Source of the DNA: Candidatus Binatia bacterium
Lineage (GTDB): Bacteria; Desulfobacterota; Binatia; UBA9968; JAJDTQ01
Reading direction: 5' to 3'
Length of the DNA: 64,000 nucleotides
Assembly: GCA_963666515.2 (NCBI GenBank)
Contig: OY762897.2
Location: forward strand, 192,001 to 256,000
Below, piece after piece: positions 47,935 to 57,619 of the stretch (its first letter is position 1; each line of letters opens with the position of its first letter). The notes under the pieces are model-generated. The model was not told the origin of the DNA. It was given only the letters and a program-made list of their open reading frames with translations, and searched no databases. The position numbers and the translations under genes are program-made.

Positions 47935-49203
47935 TTGGACAGCATCATCATCAAGGGCGAGACGGTTCTGGAAGGCTCGGTGGCTCTCGGCGGGTCGAAG
48001 AACGCGGCTCTGCCGGTGCTCGTCTCGGCGCTCCTGACCGCGGACAAATGCTCCTATCGCAGGGTGCCGGCGCTTCGCGACGTCAGCACCACCTTGCGGT
48101 TGCTGTCGCGCCTGGGAGTGACCATCGAGAAGGACGTAGGCGCCCAGGGACGCCTGGACCTCACCGCGGACAGGATCCACGAGCTGGAGGCGCCCTACGA
48201 CCTGGTCAAGACCATGCGCGCCTCGTTCCTGGTGTTGGGGCCGCTGCTGGCGCGTTTCGGCGAAGCCCGCGTCTCGACGCCCGGAGGGTGTGCCATCGGC
48301 TCCCGGCCGGTGGACCTGCACCTCCAGGGGCTTGAGCGCATGGGGGCCAGCATCCGGCAGGACCACGGCTATGTCGACGCCCGAGCCAGGGCGCTCAGGG
48401 GGGCGGTCATCCCGCTCGACTTCCCTTCCGTGGGCGCCACCGAGAACCTCATGATGGCCGCGACCCTGGCCCGGGGGGAGACGGTGATACGGAACGCCGC
48501 CCGGGAGCCGGAGATCGCCGAACTTGCTGGCGTGCTCAACGGGATGGGCGCCCGGGTGAGCGGGGCCGGTGGCGACGTCATCCGCATCAAGGGCGTCCGC
48601 GAGCTTCACGGCGTGTCCCACGAGATGAGCCCGGACCGCATCGAGGCCGGCACATTCATGGTGGGGGCGGCCCTGACCGGCGGGAACGTCATGATCGAGG
48701 GCGCCCGGGCCGAAGACCTTCAGGCGTTCACCGCCAAGCTGCGGGAAACCGGCGCGCGGGTGGCCGAGGAAACGGGCGGGGTCCGCGTCACCGGCAACGG
48801 ACGGGTCCGCAGCACCGACGTGGCCACGCGGCCGTATCCGGGATTCCCGACGGACCTCCAGGCACAGATGATGGTGCTGATGGCGGTGGCCGACGGCGCC
48901 AGCGTCATCACCGAGAACATCTTCGAGAACCGGTTCATGCACGTCCAGGAACTGAACCGGATGGGCGCGCGCGTCACCCTGGACGGCAACAAGGCCACGG
49001 TGCGGGGGGTGGCGGAGCTGTCCGGGGCGCAGGTGATGGCCACGGACCTCCGGGCGAGCGTGTCGCTGGTGCTGGCGGGCCTGGTGGCTGGAGGTGAGAC
49101 GGAGGTGTCGCGGGTGTATCACCTGGACCGGGGCTACGAGGACATCGAGGGCAAGCTGGCCCGTCTGGGCGCGGACATACGAAGGGTGAACCGTGACGAT
49201 TGA
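47935..49203 (+). CDS. murA: UDP-N-acetylglucosamine 1-carboxyvinyltransferase
   Basis: [26 protein letters not shown] (catalytic Cys), [13 protein letters not shown]; TTG start. Confidence 0.97.
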   Translation: MDSIIIKGETVLEGSVALGGSKNAALPVLVSALLTADKCSYRRVPALRDVSTTLRLLSRLGVTIEKDVGAQGRLDLTADRIHELEAPYDLVKTMRASFLVLGPLLARFGEARVSTPGGCAIGSRPVDLHLQGLERMGASIRQDHGYVDARARALRGAVIPLDFPSVGATENLMMAATLARGETVIRNAAREPEIAELAGVLNGMGARVSGAGGDVIRIKGVRELHGVSHEMSPDRIEAGTFMVGAALTGGNVMIEGARAEDLQAFTAKLRETGARVAEETGGVRVTGNGRVRSTDVATRPYPGFPTDLQAQMMVLMAVADGASVITENIFENRFMHVQELNRMGARVTLDGNKATVRGVAELSGAQVMATDLRASVSLVLAGLVAGGETEVSRVYHLDRGYEDIEGKLARLGADIRRVNRDD

Positions 49204-50485
49204 CATCGTGAGGACCACGGACCCCGGCTTCAGGAAGAGACTGGACCGGATCCTCCAGCGCCGGGGCGAGATCGAGCGGGACGTCGAGGCGCGGGTGGCG
49301 GAGATCATCGAGAACGTCCGCCGGCACGGGGACAGGGCCCTGGTGCGCTATGCCAAGGCGTTCGACGGCGTCACGCTGAAGCGCTCCGAGATCGAGGTTT
49401 CGGCGGACGAGCTGGAGCGGGCGCGCGACACCGTTTCCAAAGAGGACCTGCGGTGGCTGCGGCTGGCCGCGGCGCGCATCCGGCGGTTCCACCGCCGCCA
49501 GGTGGAGAAGAGCTGGTGCTACCGCGACCCCCTGGGACTGGAGCTGGGCCAGCGCATCAGCCCGGTGGAGCGCGCAGGCGCCTATGTGCCCGGCGGCAAG
49601 GCCGCCTACCCGTCCACCGTGCTGATGACCGTGATCCCCGCGGTGGCGGCTGGGGTCCGGGAGGTGGCGGTCGCCACTCCGGTCCAGAAAGAGGCCGCGC
49701 TGGTGCTGGCGGCGGCGCGCATCGCCGGCGCCCACCGGGTGTTTCGGGTGGGCGGCGCCCAGGCGATGGCGGCGCTGGCCTATGGCACCGAGACCATCCC
49801 GCGGGTGGACAAGATCGTGGGCCCCGGCAACGTGTACGTGGCCGCGGCCAAGCGGCTCGTGTTCGGCCAAGTGGACATCGACTCCATCGCCGGCCCCAGC
49901 GAGGTGCTGCTGCTGGTGGACGGCTCGGCCAACCCGCGTTACGTGGCCGCGGACATGCTCTCCCAGGCCGAGCACGACGAGCTGGCCGCGGCGGTGTGCG
50001 TCACCCCGTCCATGACCACGGCCCGGAAGGTCCAGGCCGCCATGGCCGAACAGCTCAAGAGCACCCGGCGGCAGGCCATCACCTTGGGCGCATTGCGGCG
50101 CTTCGGCGCCATCATGGTGTCGCGGTCTCTGAAGGAAGCGGTGGACATCACCAACGCCATCGCCCCGGAGCACGTGCAGATCATGGTGCGCCATCCGGAG
50201 AAGTGCGTGGACGCGGTGCGCAACGCCGGGGCGATCTTCGTCGGCGCACATGCCACGCCGCCCCTCAGCGACTACGTGGCCGGACCCAATCACGTGCTTC
50301 CCACGGGCGGCAGCGCGCGTTTCTTCTCGCCCCTGGGCGCCTACGACTTCGTCAAGCGCACCAGCATCGTGCGCGCCGAGCCCGGAGGGTTGGCCGCCCT
50401 GGCCCCCGCCGTCATCCATCTGGCGCGCCGGGAAGGACTGGACGAGCACGCCCGGGCGGTGGAGGCGCGGCTGGGGACGAGTTGA
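49193..50485 (+). CDS. hisD: Histidinol dehydrogenase
   Basis: [36 protein letters not shown]. Confidence 0.97.
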   Translation: MTIDIVRTTDPGFRKRLDRILQRRGEIERDVEARVAEIIENVRRHGDRALVRYAKAFDGVTLKRSEIEVSADELERARDTVSKEDLRWLRLAAARIRRFHRRQVEKSWCYRDPLGLELGQRISPVERAGAYVPGGKAAYPSTVLMTVIPAVAAGVREVAVATPVQKEAALVLAAARIAGAHRVFRVGGAQAMAALAYGTETIPRVDKIVGPGNVYVAAAKRLVFGQVDIDSIAGPSEVLLLVDGSANPRYVAADMLSQAEHDELAAAVCVTPSMTTARKVQAAMAEQLKSTRRQAITLGALRRFGAIMVSRSLKEAVDITNAIAPEHVQIMVRHPEKCVDAVRNAGAIFVGAHATPPLSDYVAGPNHVLPTGGSARFFSPLGAYDFVKRTSIVRAEPGGLAALAPAVIHLARREGLDEHARAVEARLGTS

Positions 50486-50504
50486 AAGCAGGTCACATGC
50501 CCCT

Positions 50505-50542
50505 CCGTTCGCCCTGAGCGTAGCGGAGCGAAGTCGAAGGGC
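50505..50542 (+). repeat. REP-like element (same family as 47817-47929)
   Basis: CCGTTCGCCCTGAGCGTAGCGGAGCGAAGTCGAAGGGC. Confidence 0.75.
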
Positions 50543-50567
50543 GCCATCGAAGGTCAGGAGAGTTCAC

Positions 50568-51155
50568 ATGGGACGAACGGCAACGGTTCACCGGAAGACG
50601 AAGGAGACGGACATCACCACCGTCGTGGACATCGACGGCAAGGGCCAAGCGCAGGTGGAGACAGGCATCCCCTTCTTCGACCACATGCTGGAGATATTCA
50701 CCCGTCACGGCCTGTTCGACGTGATGGTGAAGGCGGTGGGCGACCTGGAGGTGGACTACCACCACACGGTGGAGGACGTGGGGCTCACCCTGGGGCAGGC
50801 GTTCAAGGACGCCCTGGGGGACAAGCACGGCATCCGCCGCTTCGGCGAGGCCACGGTGCCGCTGGACGAGGCCCTGGCGCGGGTCGTGGTGGACCTGAGC
50901 GGCCGGCCCTACCTGGCCTACCGGGTCAAGATCCGCGGCGGCCGGGTGGGGACCTTCGACACCGACCTGCCGCACGAGTTCTACCAGGCCTTCGTCAACC
51001 AGTTGGGAATGAACCTGCACATGGACGTCCAGCACGGCGAGAACCCGCACCACGTCATCGAGGCATGCTTCAAGGGCTTCGCCCGGGCCATGGACCGGGC
51101 CACGGGGCTGGATGAGCGGATCAAGGGGGTGCTTTCCACGAAAGGGAGCTTGTAG
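50568..51155 (+). CDS. hisB: Imidazoleglycerol-phosphate dehydratase
   Basis: RKTKETD, FFDHML, HHTVED, HHVIEA, STKG. Confidence 0.97.
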   Translation: MGRTATVHRKTKETDITTVVDIDGKGQAQVETGIPFFDHMLEIFTRHGLFDVMVKAVGDLEVDYHHTVEDVGLTLGQAFKDALGDKHGIRRFGEATVPLDEALARVVVDLSGRPYLAYRVKIRGGRVGTFDTDLPHEFYQAFVNQLGMNLHMDVQHGENPHHVIEACFKGFARAMDRATGLDERIKGVLSTKGSL

Positions 51156-51177
51156 GGGCGGGTTTTCGAACGTGCCC
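51152..51177 (+). repeat. GTAG-tagged REP-like palindrome overlapping the hisB stop
   Basis: GTAGGGGCGGGTTTTCGAACGTGCCC. Confidence 0.55.
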
Positions 51178-51209
51178 GCGCACGGGGTGCCGGTTCTGGA
51201 GGAATCGAG

Positions 51210-51836
51210 ATGATCGCCGTCGTCGACTACGGCATGGGTAACCTGAGAAGCGTGCAGAAGGGATTGGAGCGGGTTGGCTTCGAGGCGGAGGTCACCCGCG
51301 ACCCCGGGCGCATCGCCGAGGCACATGGGGTCGTGCTGCCCGGAGTGGGAGCGTTCCACACCTGCATGGAAAATCTCCATCGCTTCGGCCTGGTGGACGT
51401 CATCCGGGATGTGGTGCGCCGGAAGCGGCCGTTCCTCGGCATCTGCCTGGGGCTGCAGCTCCTGTTCGACGAAAGTGAAGAGTTCGGCTCCCCGGACGGT
51501 CTGAGGCTGGTGCCGGGGAAGGTTATGGGCTTCTCTGCCGCGGACGGCCTGAAGGTGCCCCACATGGGCTGGAACGCCATCGAGATACGCAAGCCTACGC
51601 GTTTCCTGGAGGGAATCGACGAAGGGGCGCAGGTCTACTTCGTACACTCGTTCTACGCGGCACCCGCGGACGAATCCATGGTGTCCACCGTCACCTCCCA
51701 CGGGACGCCCTTCGTTTCGAGCATCGCCACCGACCACCTCTTCGCGTGCCAGTTCCATCCCGAGAAGAGCCAGGCCATCGGCCTGCGCATCCTGGAGAAC
51801 TTCGGGCGCTTTGCCGAGAACGGGGCCGCGGCCTGA
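51210..51836 (+). CDS. hisH: Imidazole glycerol phosphate synthase glutaminase subunit
   Basis: DYGMGNLRS, LPGVG, GICLGLQ, QFHPEKS. Confidence 0.97.
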   Translation: MIAVVDYGMGNLRSVQKGLERVGFEAEVTRDPGRIAEAHGVVLPGVGAFHTCMENLHRFGLVDVIRDVVRRKRPFLGICLGLQLLFDESEEFGSPDGLRLVPGKVMGFSAADGLKVPHMGWNAIEIRKPTRFLEGIDEGAQVYFVHSFYAAPADESMVSTVTSHGTPFVSSIATDHLFACQFHPEKSQAIGLRILENFGRFAENGAAA

Positions 51837-51883
51837 CCGATGGCCGGTTTTCTGGTACGGGCCGCTCAACCATTTCCGCGGAC

Positions 51884-52621
51884 ATGCTGATCATACCTGC
51901 CATCGACATCAAGGACGGCCGCTGCGTGCGCTTGTACCAGGGCGACATGGACCAGGAGACGGTGTATTACCAGCAGCCGCTGGATGCGGCCCGGCATCTC
52001 GTGGAAGAAGGCGCCCGCATGATCCACGTGGTGGACCTCAACGGCGCGGTGGAGGGCCATCCGGTTCACTTGGCGGAACTGGCGGCCATCTGCGCCGAAT
52101 CGGGCGTGGCGGTGGAAGTGGGCGGAGGGCTGCGGACCCTCCAGGCGGTGGAGGATGCCATGAACTCTGGTGTGGAGCGGGTGGTGATCGGCACCAAGGC
52201 TTACGAGGATCAGGATTTCCTGAAGGCAGCGTGCGAGCGTTTCCCCGGGCGGGTGGTGGTGGGCATCGACGCGCGGGCCGGGAAGGTCGCGGTGCGAGGC
52301 TGGCGCGACGACACCGCCATGGACGCCGTGGAACTGGCGCAACGGTGCGAGGAAGACGGCGCCGCTCGGATCATCTACACCGACATCAGCCGTGACGGCA
52401 CGGGCTCGGGCGTGAACGCGGAGCAGACGGCGCAGGTGGCCCGGGCCGTGGGTATCCCGGTCATCGCTTCCGGCGGGATCGGCTCACTGGACGACATCCG
52501 TGCGCTGGCGGGGCTGGCCAGCGAAGGCATCGAAGGTGTCATCGTGGGCCGGGCGCTCTACAACGGCGCCTTTTCATTGGTCGAGGCCATGGCGGCGGCT
52601 GGAGGCGGCGATGCTCACTAA
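51884..52621 (+). CDS. hisA: ProFAR isomerase
   Basis: [36 protein letters not shown]. Confidence 0.96.
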   Translation: MLIIPAIDIKDGRCVRLYQGDMDQETVYYQQPLDAARHLVEEGARMIHVVDLNGAVEGHPVHLAELAAICAESGVAVEVGGGLRTLQAVEDAMNSGVERVVIGTKAYEDQDFLKAACERFPGRVVVGIDARAGKVAVRGWRDDTAMDAVELAQRCEEDGAARIIYTDISRDGTGSGVNAEQTAQVARAVGIPVIASGGIGSLDDIRALAGLASEGIEGVIVGRALYNGAFSLVEAMAAAGGGDAH

Positions 52622-53375
52622 ACGCATCATCCCCTGCCTGGACGTCGATGCCGGCCGGGTGGTGAAGGGCATCCGCTTCGTGGAGATCCGCGACGCCGGG
52701 GACCCCGTGGAGGTGGCCCGGGCCTACGACGCGGCCGGCGCCGACGAACTCTGCTTCCTGGACATCACCGCTTCCCACGAGCAGCGAGGCATCATCCTGG
52801 ACGTGGTGGCGCGCACCGCGGACGAGATATTCATGCCCCTGACGGTGGGCGGCGGCATCCGCGAGAATGCCGATATCCGCAGGCTGCTCAAGGCCGGCGC
52901 CGACAAGGTCTCCATCAACACCGCTGCGGTGGCCCGCCCCGAGTTCGTGCGGGAAGCGGCCGAGACCTTTGGCAGCCAGTGCATCGTGGTGGCCATCGAC
53001 GCCAAGCGGGTGGAGGACCACTGGGAGGTGTTCACCCACGGCGGCCGCAACCCCACCGGCATCGACGCCTGCGCTTGGGCCGAGCGCATGGCCGAATACG
53101 GCGCCGGCGAGATCCTCCTCACCAGCATGGACCGCGACGGCACCAAGGACGGCTACGACCTGCCCCTCACCCGCGCCATCTCCGACCGCGTCACGATCCC
53201 CGTCATCGCCTCCGGCGGCGTCGGCAATCCCCAGCACATCCACGACGGCTTCGCCCAAGGCCACGCCAGCGCAGCCCTGGCTGCGTCCATCTTCCACTAC
53301 GGCGAGTACACCATAGGAGAGTGCAAGCGCTATCTGGAGGAGCGGGGGATTCCGGTCCGGCCGATCCGCGCCTGA
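52611..53375 (+). CDS. hisF: Imidazole glycerol phosphate synthase cyclase subunit
   Basis: [33 protein letters not shown]. Confidence 0.97.
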   Translation: MLTKRIIPCLDVDAGRVVKGIRFVEIRDAGDPVEVARAYDAAGADELCFLDITASHEQRGIILDVVARTADEIFMPLTVGGGIRENADIRRLLKAGADKVSINTAAVARPEFVREAAETFGSQCIVVAIDAKRVEDHWEVFTHGGRNPTGIDACAWAERMAEYGAGEILLTSMDRDGTKDGYDLPLTRAISDRVTIPVIASGGVGNPQHIHDGFAQGHASAALAASIFHYGEYTIGECKRYLEERGIPVRPIRA

Positions 53376-53380
53376 GGGGA

Positions 53381-54328
53381 TCAGACGCCGCTTTCCAACT
53401 CCGTAAGGAACCGCTCGGCGTCGATGGCCGCCATGCAGCCGCTGCCGGCCGCGGTGACCGCTTGGCGGTAGATGCGGTCCTGGACGTCGCCGCAGGCGAA
53501 GACGCCTTCCAGGGTGGTCCGGGTGCCGTCGTGTGTCTTGATGTAGCCCAGTTCGTCCATCTCCAGGACGCCTTCGAAGAGTTGAGAGTTGGGCTGGTGG
53601 CCGATGGCGATGAAGACGCCGTCGCAGGCGAAAGCTTCGTCCTTGCCTGTCTTCACGTTCCGTAGCGTGGCGCCGGTGACGCCTCCATCCTGGGCGTCGC
53701 CGTGGATGTCCGCCACCGTCGTGTCCCAAATGAACTCGATCCTGGGGTTGGCCCGGGCGCGGTCCTGCATGATCTTCGACGCCCGGAGCTGGTCGCGGCG
53801 GTGCACGATGGTGACCTTGCTGGCGAACTTGGTGAGGAAGGTGGCCTCCTCCATGGCGGTGTCGCCGCCGCCCACCACGATGAGCTCCTTGTCCTTGAAG
53901 AAGAAGCCGTCGCAGGTAGCGCAGGCGGATACCCCGTGCCCCATCAGCCGGTTCTCGGCTTCGAGCCCCAGCAGCTTGGCGGTGGCGCCGGTGGCGATGA
54001 TCAGGGCGTCGCAGGTGTAGCGGTCCTTGCCCGCCTGCAGCGCGATGGGCCGCGCGCCCAGCTCCACCGCGGTGACGTCGCCGAAGACGATCCGGGTGCC
54101 GAAGCGTTCCGCCTGCTTGCGGAACTGGTCCATCATGTCCGGGCCCATGATGCCGTCCGGGAAGCCGGGATAGTTCTCGACGTCGGTGGTGATGGTGAGC
54201 TGGCCGCCGGGCTGGGAGCCCTCCACCACCAGCGGCGCCAGGTTGGCGCGGGCCGTGTAGAGGGCGGCGGTGAGACCGGCGGCCCCGGAACCGAGGATGA
54301 TGACGTGGTAGTGAGTCTGTTCTGCCAT
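53381..54328 (-). CDS. trxB: Thioredoxin reductase
   Basis: [41 protein letters not shown]. Confidence 0.97.
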   Translation of the reverse strand: MAEQTHYHVIILGSGAAGLTAALYTARANLAPLVVEGSQPGGQLTITTDVENYPGFPDGIMGPDMMDQFRKQAERFGTRIVFGDVTAVELGARPIALQAGKDRYTCDALIIATGATAKLLGLEAENRLMGHGVSACATCDGFFFKDKELIVVGGGDTAMEEATFLTKFASKVTIVHRRDQLRASKIMQDRARANPRIEFIWDTTVADIHGDAQDGGVTGATLRNVKTGKDEAFACDGVFIAIGHQPNSQLFEGVLEMDELGYIKTHDGTRTTLEGVFACGDVQDRIYRQAVTAAGSGCMAAIDAERFLTELESGV

Positions 54329-54503
54329 GGTGTGTTCTTACCATACGGGCCGTCTCCCTTGTAGGTCGGACTTGCCGCGCCGGCTTGTTTTCGGGCCGGT
54401 GGACGATACACTTGGAGCCTGTGCCACGGACGTTCCGGCCTCGGTCAGGTCATGCAGGTCGGGGTCGGCGGCGCGGAAGATCGCGATACCGGAGGATGAA
54501 TGG

Positions 54504-54980
54504 ATGGCAACGTTGTCCCACGTCGATGAACAGGGGCGGGTGCGGATGGTGGACGTGACCGCCAAGGAGGTGACCCAACGGGTGGCGGTGGCCCGAGGCG
54601 TGGTGACCATGCGGGCGGAGACCCTGGCGGCCATTGCCGAGGGGCAGATCCCCAAGGGCGACGTCCTGACCGTCGCGCGCATCGCCGGGATCATGGCGGC
54701 CAAGAAGACCTCCGACCTCATTCCCATGTGCCACCCCCTCAACATCAGCGGCGTGGAGGTCCGGCTCACGCCGCGGCAAGACCCGCCCTCCGTCGAGATC
54801 GAAGCCACCGTCCGCATCGCCGGCAAGACCGGCGTGGAGATGGAGGCCCTGACCGCGGTGTCGGCCGCGGGCCTCACCGTCTACGACATGTGCAAGGCCG
54901 TGGACCGGGAGATGACGGTCGGCGAGATCCGTCTCATCCACAAGAGCGGCGGCAAGAGCGGGACTTTCGACAGAGCGTAG
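54504..54980 (+). CDS. moaC: Cyclic pyranopterin monophosphate synthase
   Basis: [34 protein letters not shown]. Confidence 0.97.
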   Translation: MATLSHVDEQGRVRMVDVTAKEVTQRVAVARGVVTMRAETLAAIAEGQIPKGDVLTVARIAGIMAAKKTSDLIPMCHPLNISGVEVRLTPRQDPPSVEIEATVRIAGKTGVEMEALTAVSAAGLTVYDMCKAVDREMTVGEIRLIHKSGGKSGTFDRA

Positions 54981-55168
54981 CCCCTGCAACTTCCCTTCCC
55001 TTCACCACTCACGCGCCCGCAACCGGTCGCGGCGACTGCCAAAGCTAAAGTCCTTCGGAGAAGTGCCGATTTAATCTCTTGAGGCGGATGGACAGGTCCA
55101 TCGGCGCCGCGCGGGGATGCCGATGCGGCGCCGGGACTGCCCTCACGCGTCCGCCGCGTGCGCTCGAC

Positions 55169-55852
55169 ATGACACGAATCAATCAATGGCCGATGGAGGA
55201 CCGTCCGCGGGAGAAGCTTCTCGAAAGAGGGGCGGAACATCTCACGGAAACGGAGTTGCTGGCGATCCTGCTGGGCACCGGCAGCGCCGGGGAGCACCAG
55301 AACGCGCTGGACCACGCGCGCATGCTGATGGTGAAATTCGGCGGCCTGAGCGGCATCGACGACGCGTCCGTCGCCGAGTTGACGGACCTCAAGGGCCTGG
55401 GAGCGGCCAAGGCCGCCCGCTTGAAGGCGTGCCTGGAGCTGGGCCGCCGCCGGGAGGACCTGCGGTGGGAGGCCGGCCAGTTGCTCAGTTCGCCGGAGGA
55501 GGTGTACCGCCATTTCCGGCCTCGTTGCGTCAACGCCAAGCGTGAGTCATTCTACGTGGTCCTGCTGACCAACCGGAACCGCAAGATCCGGGACGTCAAG
55601 ATCTCCGAGGGGTCCCTCACGGCCTCGGTCGTGCACCCCAGGGAGGTCTTCAATCCGGTGATCCGGGAGTCCGCGGCCGGGGTCATCTTCGTCCACAACC
55701 ATCCCAGCGGCGATCCTTCCCCCAGCCGCGAGGACGTGGACATCACCCATCGCCTACGGCAGGTGGGCGAGGTGCTCGGCGTGCGCGTCCACGACCACGT
55801 CGTGGTGGGGCACGACCGCTTCTTCAGCTTCAACCGGGAGGGGCTGCTGTAG
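55169..55852 (+). CDS. radC: RadC-like JAB-domain protein (UPF0758)
   Basis: RPREKL, ELLAILL, VHPREVF, HNHPSGD..PS..D, DHVV. Confidence 0.95.
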   Translation: MTRINQWPMEDRPREKLLERGAEHLTETELLAILLGTGSAGEHQNALDHARMLMVKFGGLSGIDDASVAELTDLKGLGAAKAARLKACLELGRRREDLRWEAGQLLSSPEEVYRHFRPRCVNAKRESFYVVLLTNRNRKIRDVKISEGSLTASVVHPREVFNPVIRESAAGVIFVHNHPSGDPSPSREDVDITHRLRQVGEVLGVRVHDHVVVGHDRFFSFNREGLL

Positions 55853-55998
55853 TCCGATGGACAAGCGTGATTGCGTGGTATGTTGAGAACAGTGAGCAAG
55901 GAGCGGAAACCGGTTCAGGCCCTCGTCGCGTGCTTGACCCCCGGTCGCGGTACGGAGTACGTTAATCCGCAATCGCGCCTTCAGGGGGTTCAAGCAAC

Positions 55999-57474
55999 AT
56001 GTCTCAGGTCAAGCATTACACAACCGACGTCGCCATCATCGGCTCCGGCGGAGCCGGCATCGCAGCGGGCATCGAGGCCCGCGACGCCGGCGCCGGCGCC
56101 ATCGCCTTCGAGAGGGCGCCGGATCTCGGCGGCGCCGCCATCATCTCCGGCGGCGGCTGCCTCATCGTGGGCTCGCCGATCCAGAAGGAAAACGGCATCA
56201 TCGACACGCCGGACCTGGCCTTCAACGACTGGATCAAGTGGGGCGGCCCTTCGGTGGACGAAGTCTGGGCGCGCTACTACATCGAGCACTCGCTGCACGA
56301 TCTCTACTTCTGGGCCGAGCGCATGGGCGTCAAGTGGGTGGACATGAAGCAGCAGGAGGGCAACACGGTCATCCGCTGGACCCGCTCCCAGAGCAACGGC
56401 CTGGGCCTCATGACGCACCTCATCGACGCCTTCCGCGAGCGCGGCGGCGAGATCGTCGCCAACACCGAAGTCACGGAGCTCAAGAAGGAGAACGGGCGCG
56501 TGACCGGCTTCGTGGGCAAGGACGGCAGCACCGGCGACACCGTGGACGTGGACAGCAAGGTGGTGGTGGTGGCCACCGGCGGCTTCAATTCCAACCTGGA
56601 CATGGTGCTGGAGGCCAACCCGGGCCTCGCCGGCGAGCGGGTCATGGAAGGCTCGGGCCGCGGCTCCACCGGCACCGGCCACAGGCTGGTGCGGCAGGCC
56701 GGCGGCTACCTGACCCACATGGACCACATCTGGTTCTACGTCTACGCCACCCCGGACTACCGCGACCCGAACGGGCGGCGCGGCCTGGTCTTCCGCCAGG
56801 CGCCCGGCTACATCTGGATCAACCAGCAGGGGCGGCGCTTCCACAACGAGGCCCTGTCCGGCGGCAACTCGGCCACGCCCGCGCTGATGGCCCAGGAGCC
56901 GCGCCACGCGTGGGCGGTGGTGGATACGCCCATCGTCTCCAAGATCGAGATCGCGGACCCCTACTACCGCGCCGGCGACAAGGTGGACCGGGACAAGGTC
57001 CAGGAACTGCTGGACAACTCGCCGTTCATCAAGAAGGCGGACTCGCTGGAGGAGCTGGGCAGGGCCATGGAGGTGGAGGTGCCGGCCTTTCTCGACACCG
57101 TGGATCGCTACAACCAGGCGTGCGAGCAGGGGCTGGAGAAGGAGCCGGAGTTCGGCAAGCCGCTCAAGCTCTCCAAGAAGTTCGACACCCCGCCCTATTA
57201 TGCCATCCAGATCTTCCCGCTGGCGCGCAAGAACTTCGGCGGGGTCAAGACCGACATCCGCTGCCGGGTGCTGAACAAGCACTTCGAGCCGATCCCCGGC
57301 CTCTACGCCGCCGGCGAGGTGGCCGGCATGGCCGGAGGCCACATCAACGGCCGCGCGGGCCTGGAAGGTACCATGCTCGGCCCGTCCATCTTCAGCGGCC
57401 GCGTGGCCGGCGGTTGGGCGGCCCACGAGGCAGGCTGCGGCGACGGCTTCGTCGGCGTTCCCAACCGCGACTAG
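55999..57474 (+). CDS. FAD-binding_2 family oxidoreductase (flavocytochrome c/KstD/TcuA superfamily)
   Basis: GSGGAG, GGAAIISGG, ATGGF, GRRFHNE, GLYAAGE. Confidence 0.85.
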   Translation: MSQVKHYTTDVAIIGSGGAGIAAGIEARDAGAGAIAFERAPDLGGAAIISGGGCLIVGSPIQKENGIIDTPDLAFNDWIKWGGPSVDEVWARYYIEHSLHDLYFWAERMGVKWVDMKQQEGNTVIRWTRSQSNGLGLMTHLIDAFRERGGEIVANTEVTELKKENGRVTGFVGKDGSTGDTVDVDSKVVVVATGGFNSNLDMVLEANPGLAGERVMEGSGRGSTGTGHRLVRQAGGYLTHMDHIWFYVYATPDYRDPNGRRGLVFRQAPGYIWINQQGRRFHNEALSGGNSATPALMAQEPRHAWAVVDTPIVSKIEIADPYYRAGDKVDRDKVQELLDNSPFIKKADSLEELGRAMEVEVPAFLDTVDRYNQACEQGLEKEPEFGKPLKLSKKFDTPPYYAIQIFPLARKNFGGVKTDIRCRVLNKHFEPIPGLYAAGEVAGMAGGHINGRAGLEGTMLGPSIFSGRVAGGWAAHEAGCGDGFVGVPNRD

Positions 57475-57571
57475 GAGCCAGTCCGGGTAGACTCCTGATT
57501 ACTTGAACAGGCTTCTGGCATCCGCTCGTACCCGTCAACTGCAATGAGCATCCTCCGCCAATGTCGGAAAC

Positions 57572-57599
57572 CGTCATTCCGGCGGAAGCCGGAATCCAG
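57572..57599 (+). repeat. CGTC-tagged REP-like palindrome
   Basis: CGTCATTCCGGCGGAAGCCGGAATCCAG, one mismatch to 44276. Confidence 0.85.
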
Positions 57600-57619
57600 G
57601 AGAGGAGGCGGTCGCTGAC

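Noticed and set aside
55169-55852. radC as a mobile-element marker
   Set aside because: Full-length chromosomal form with N-terminal HhH region, in a housekeeping context.
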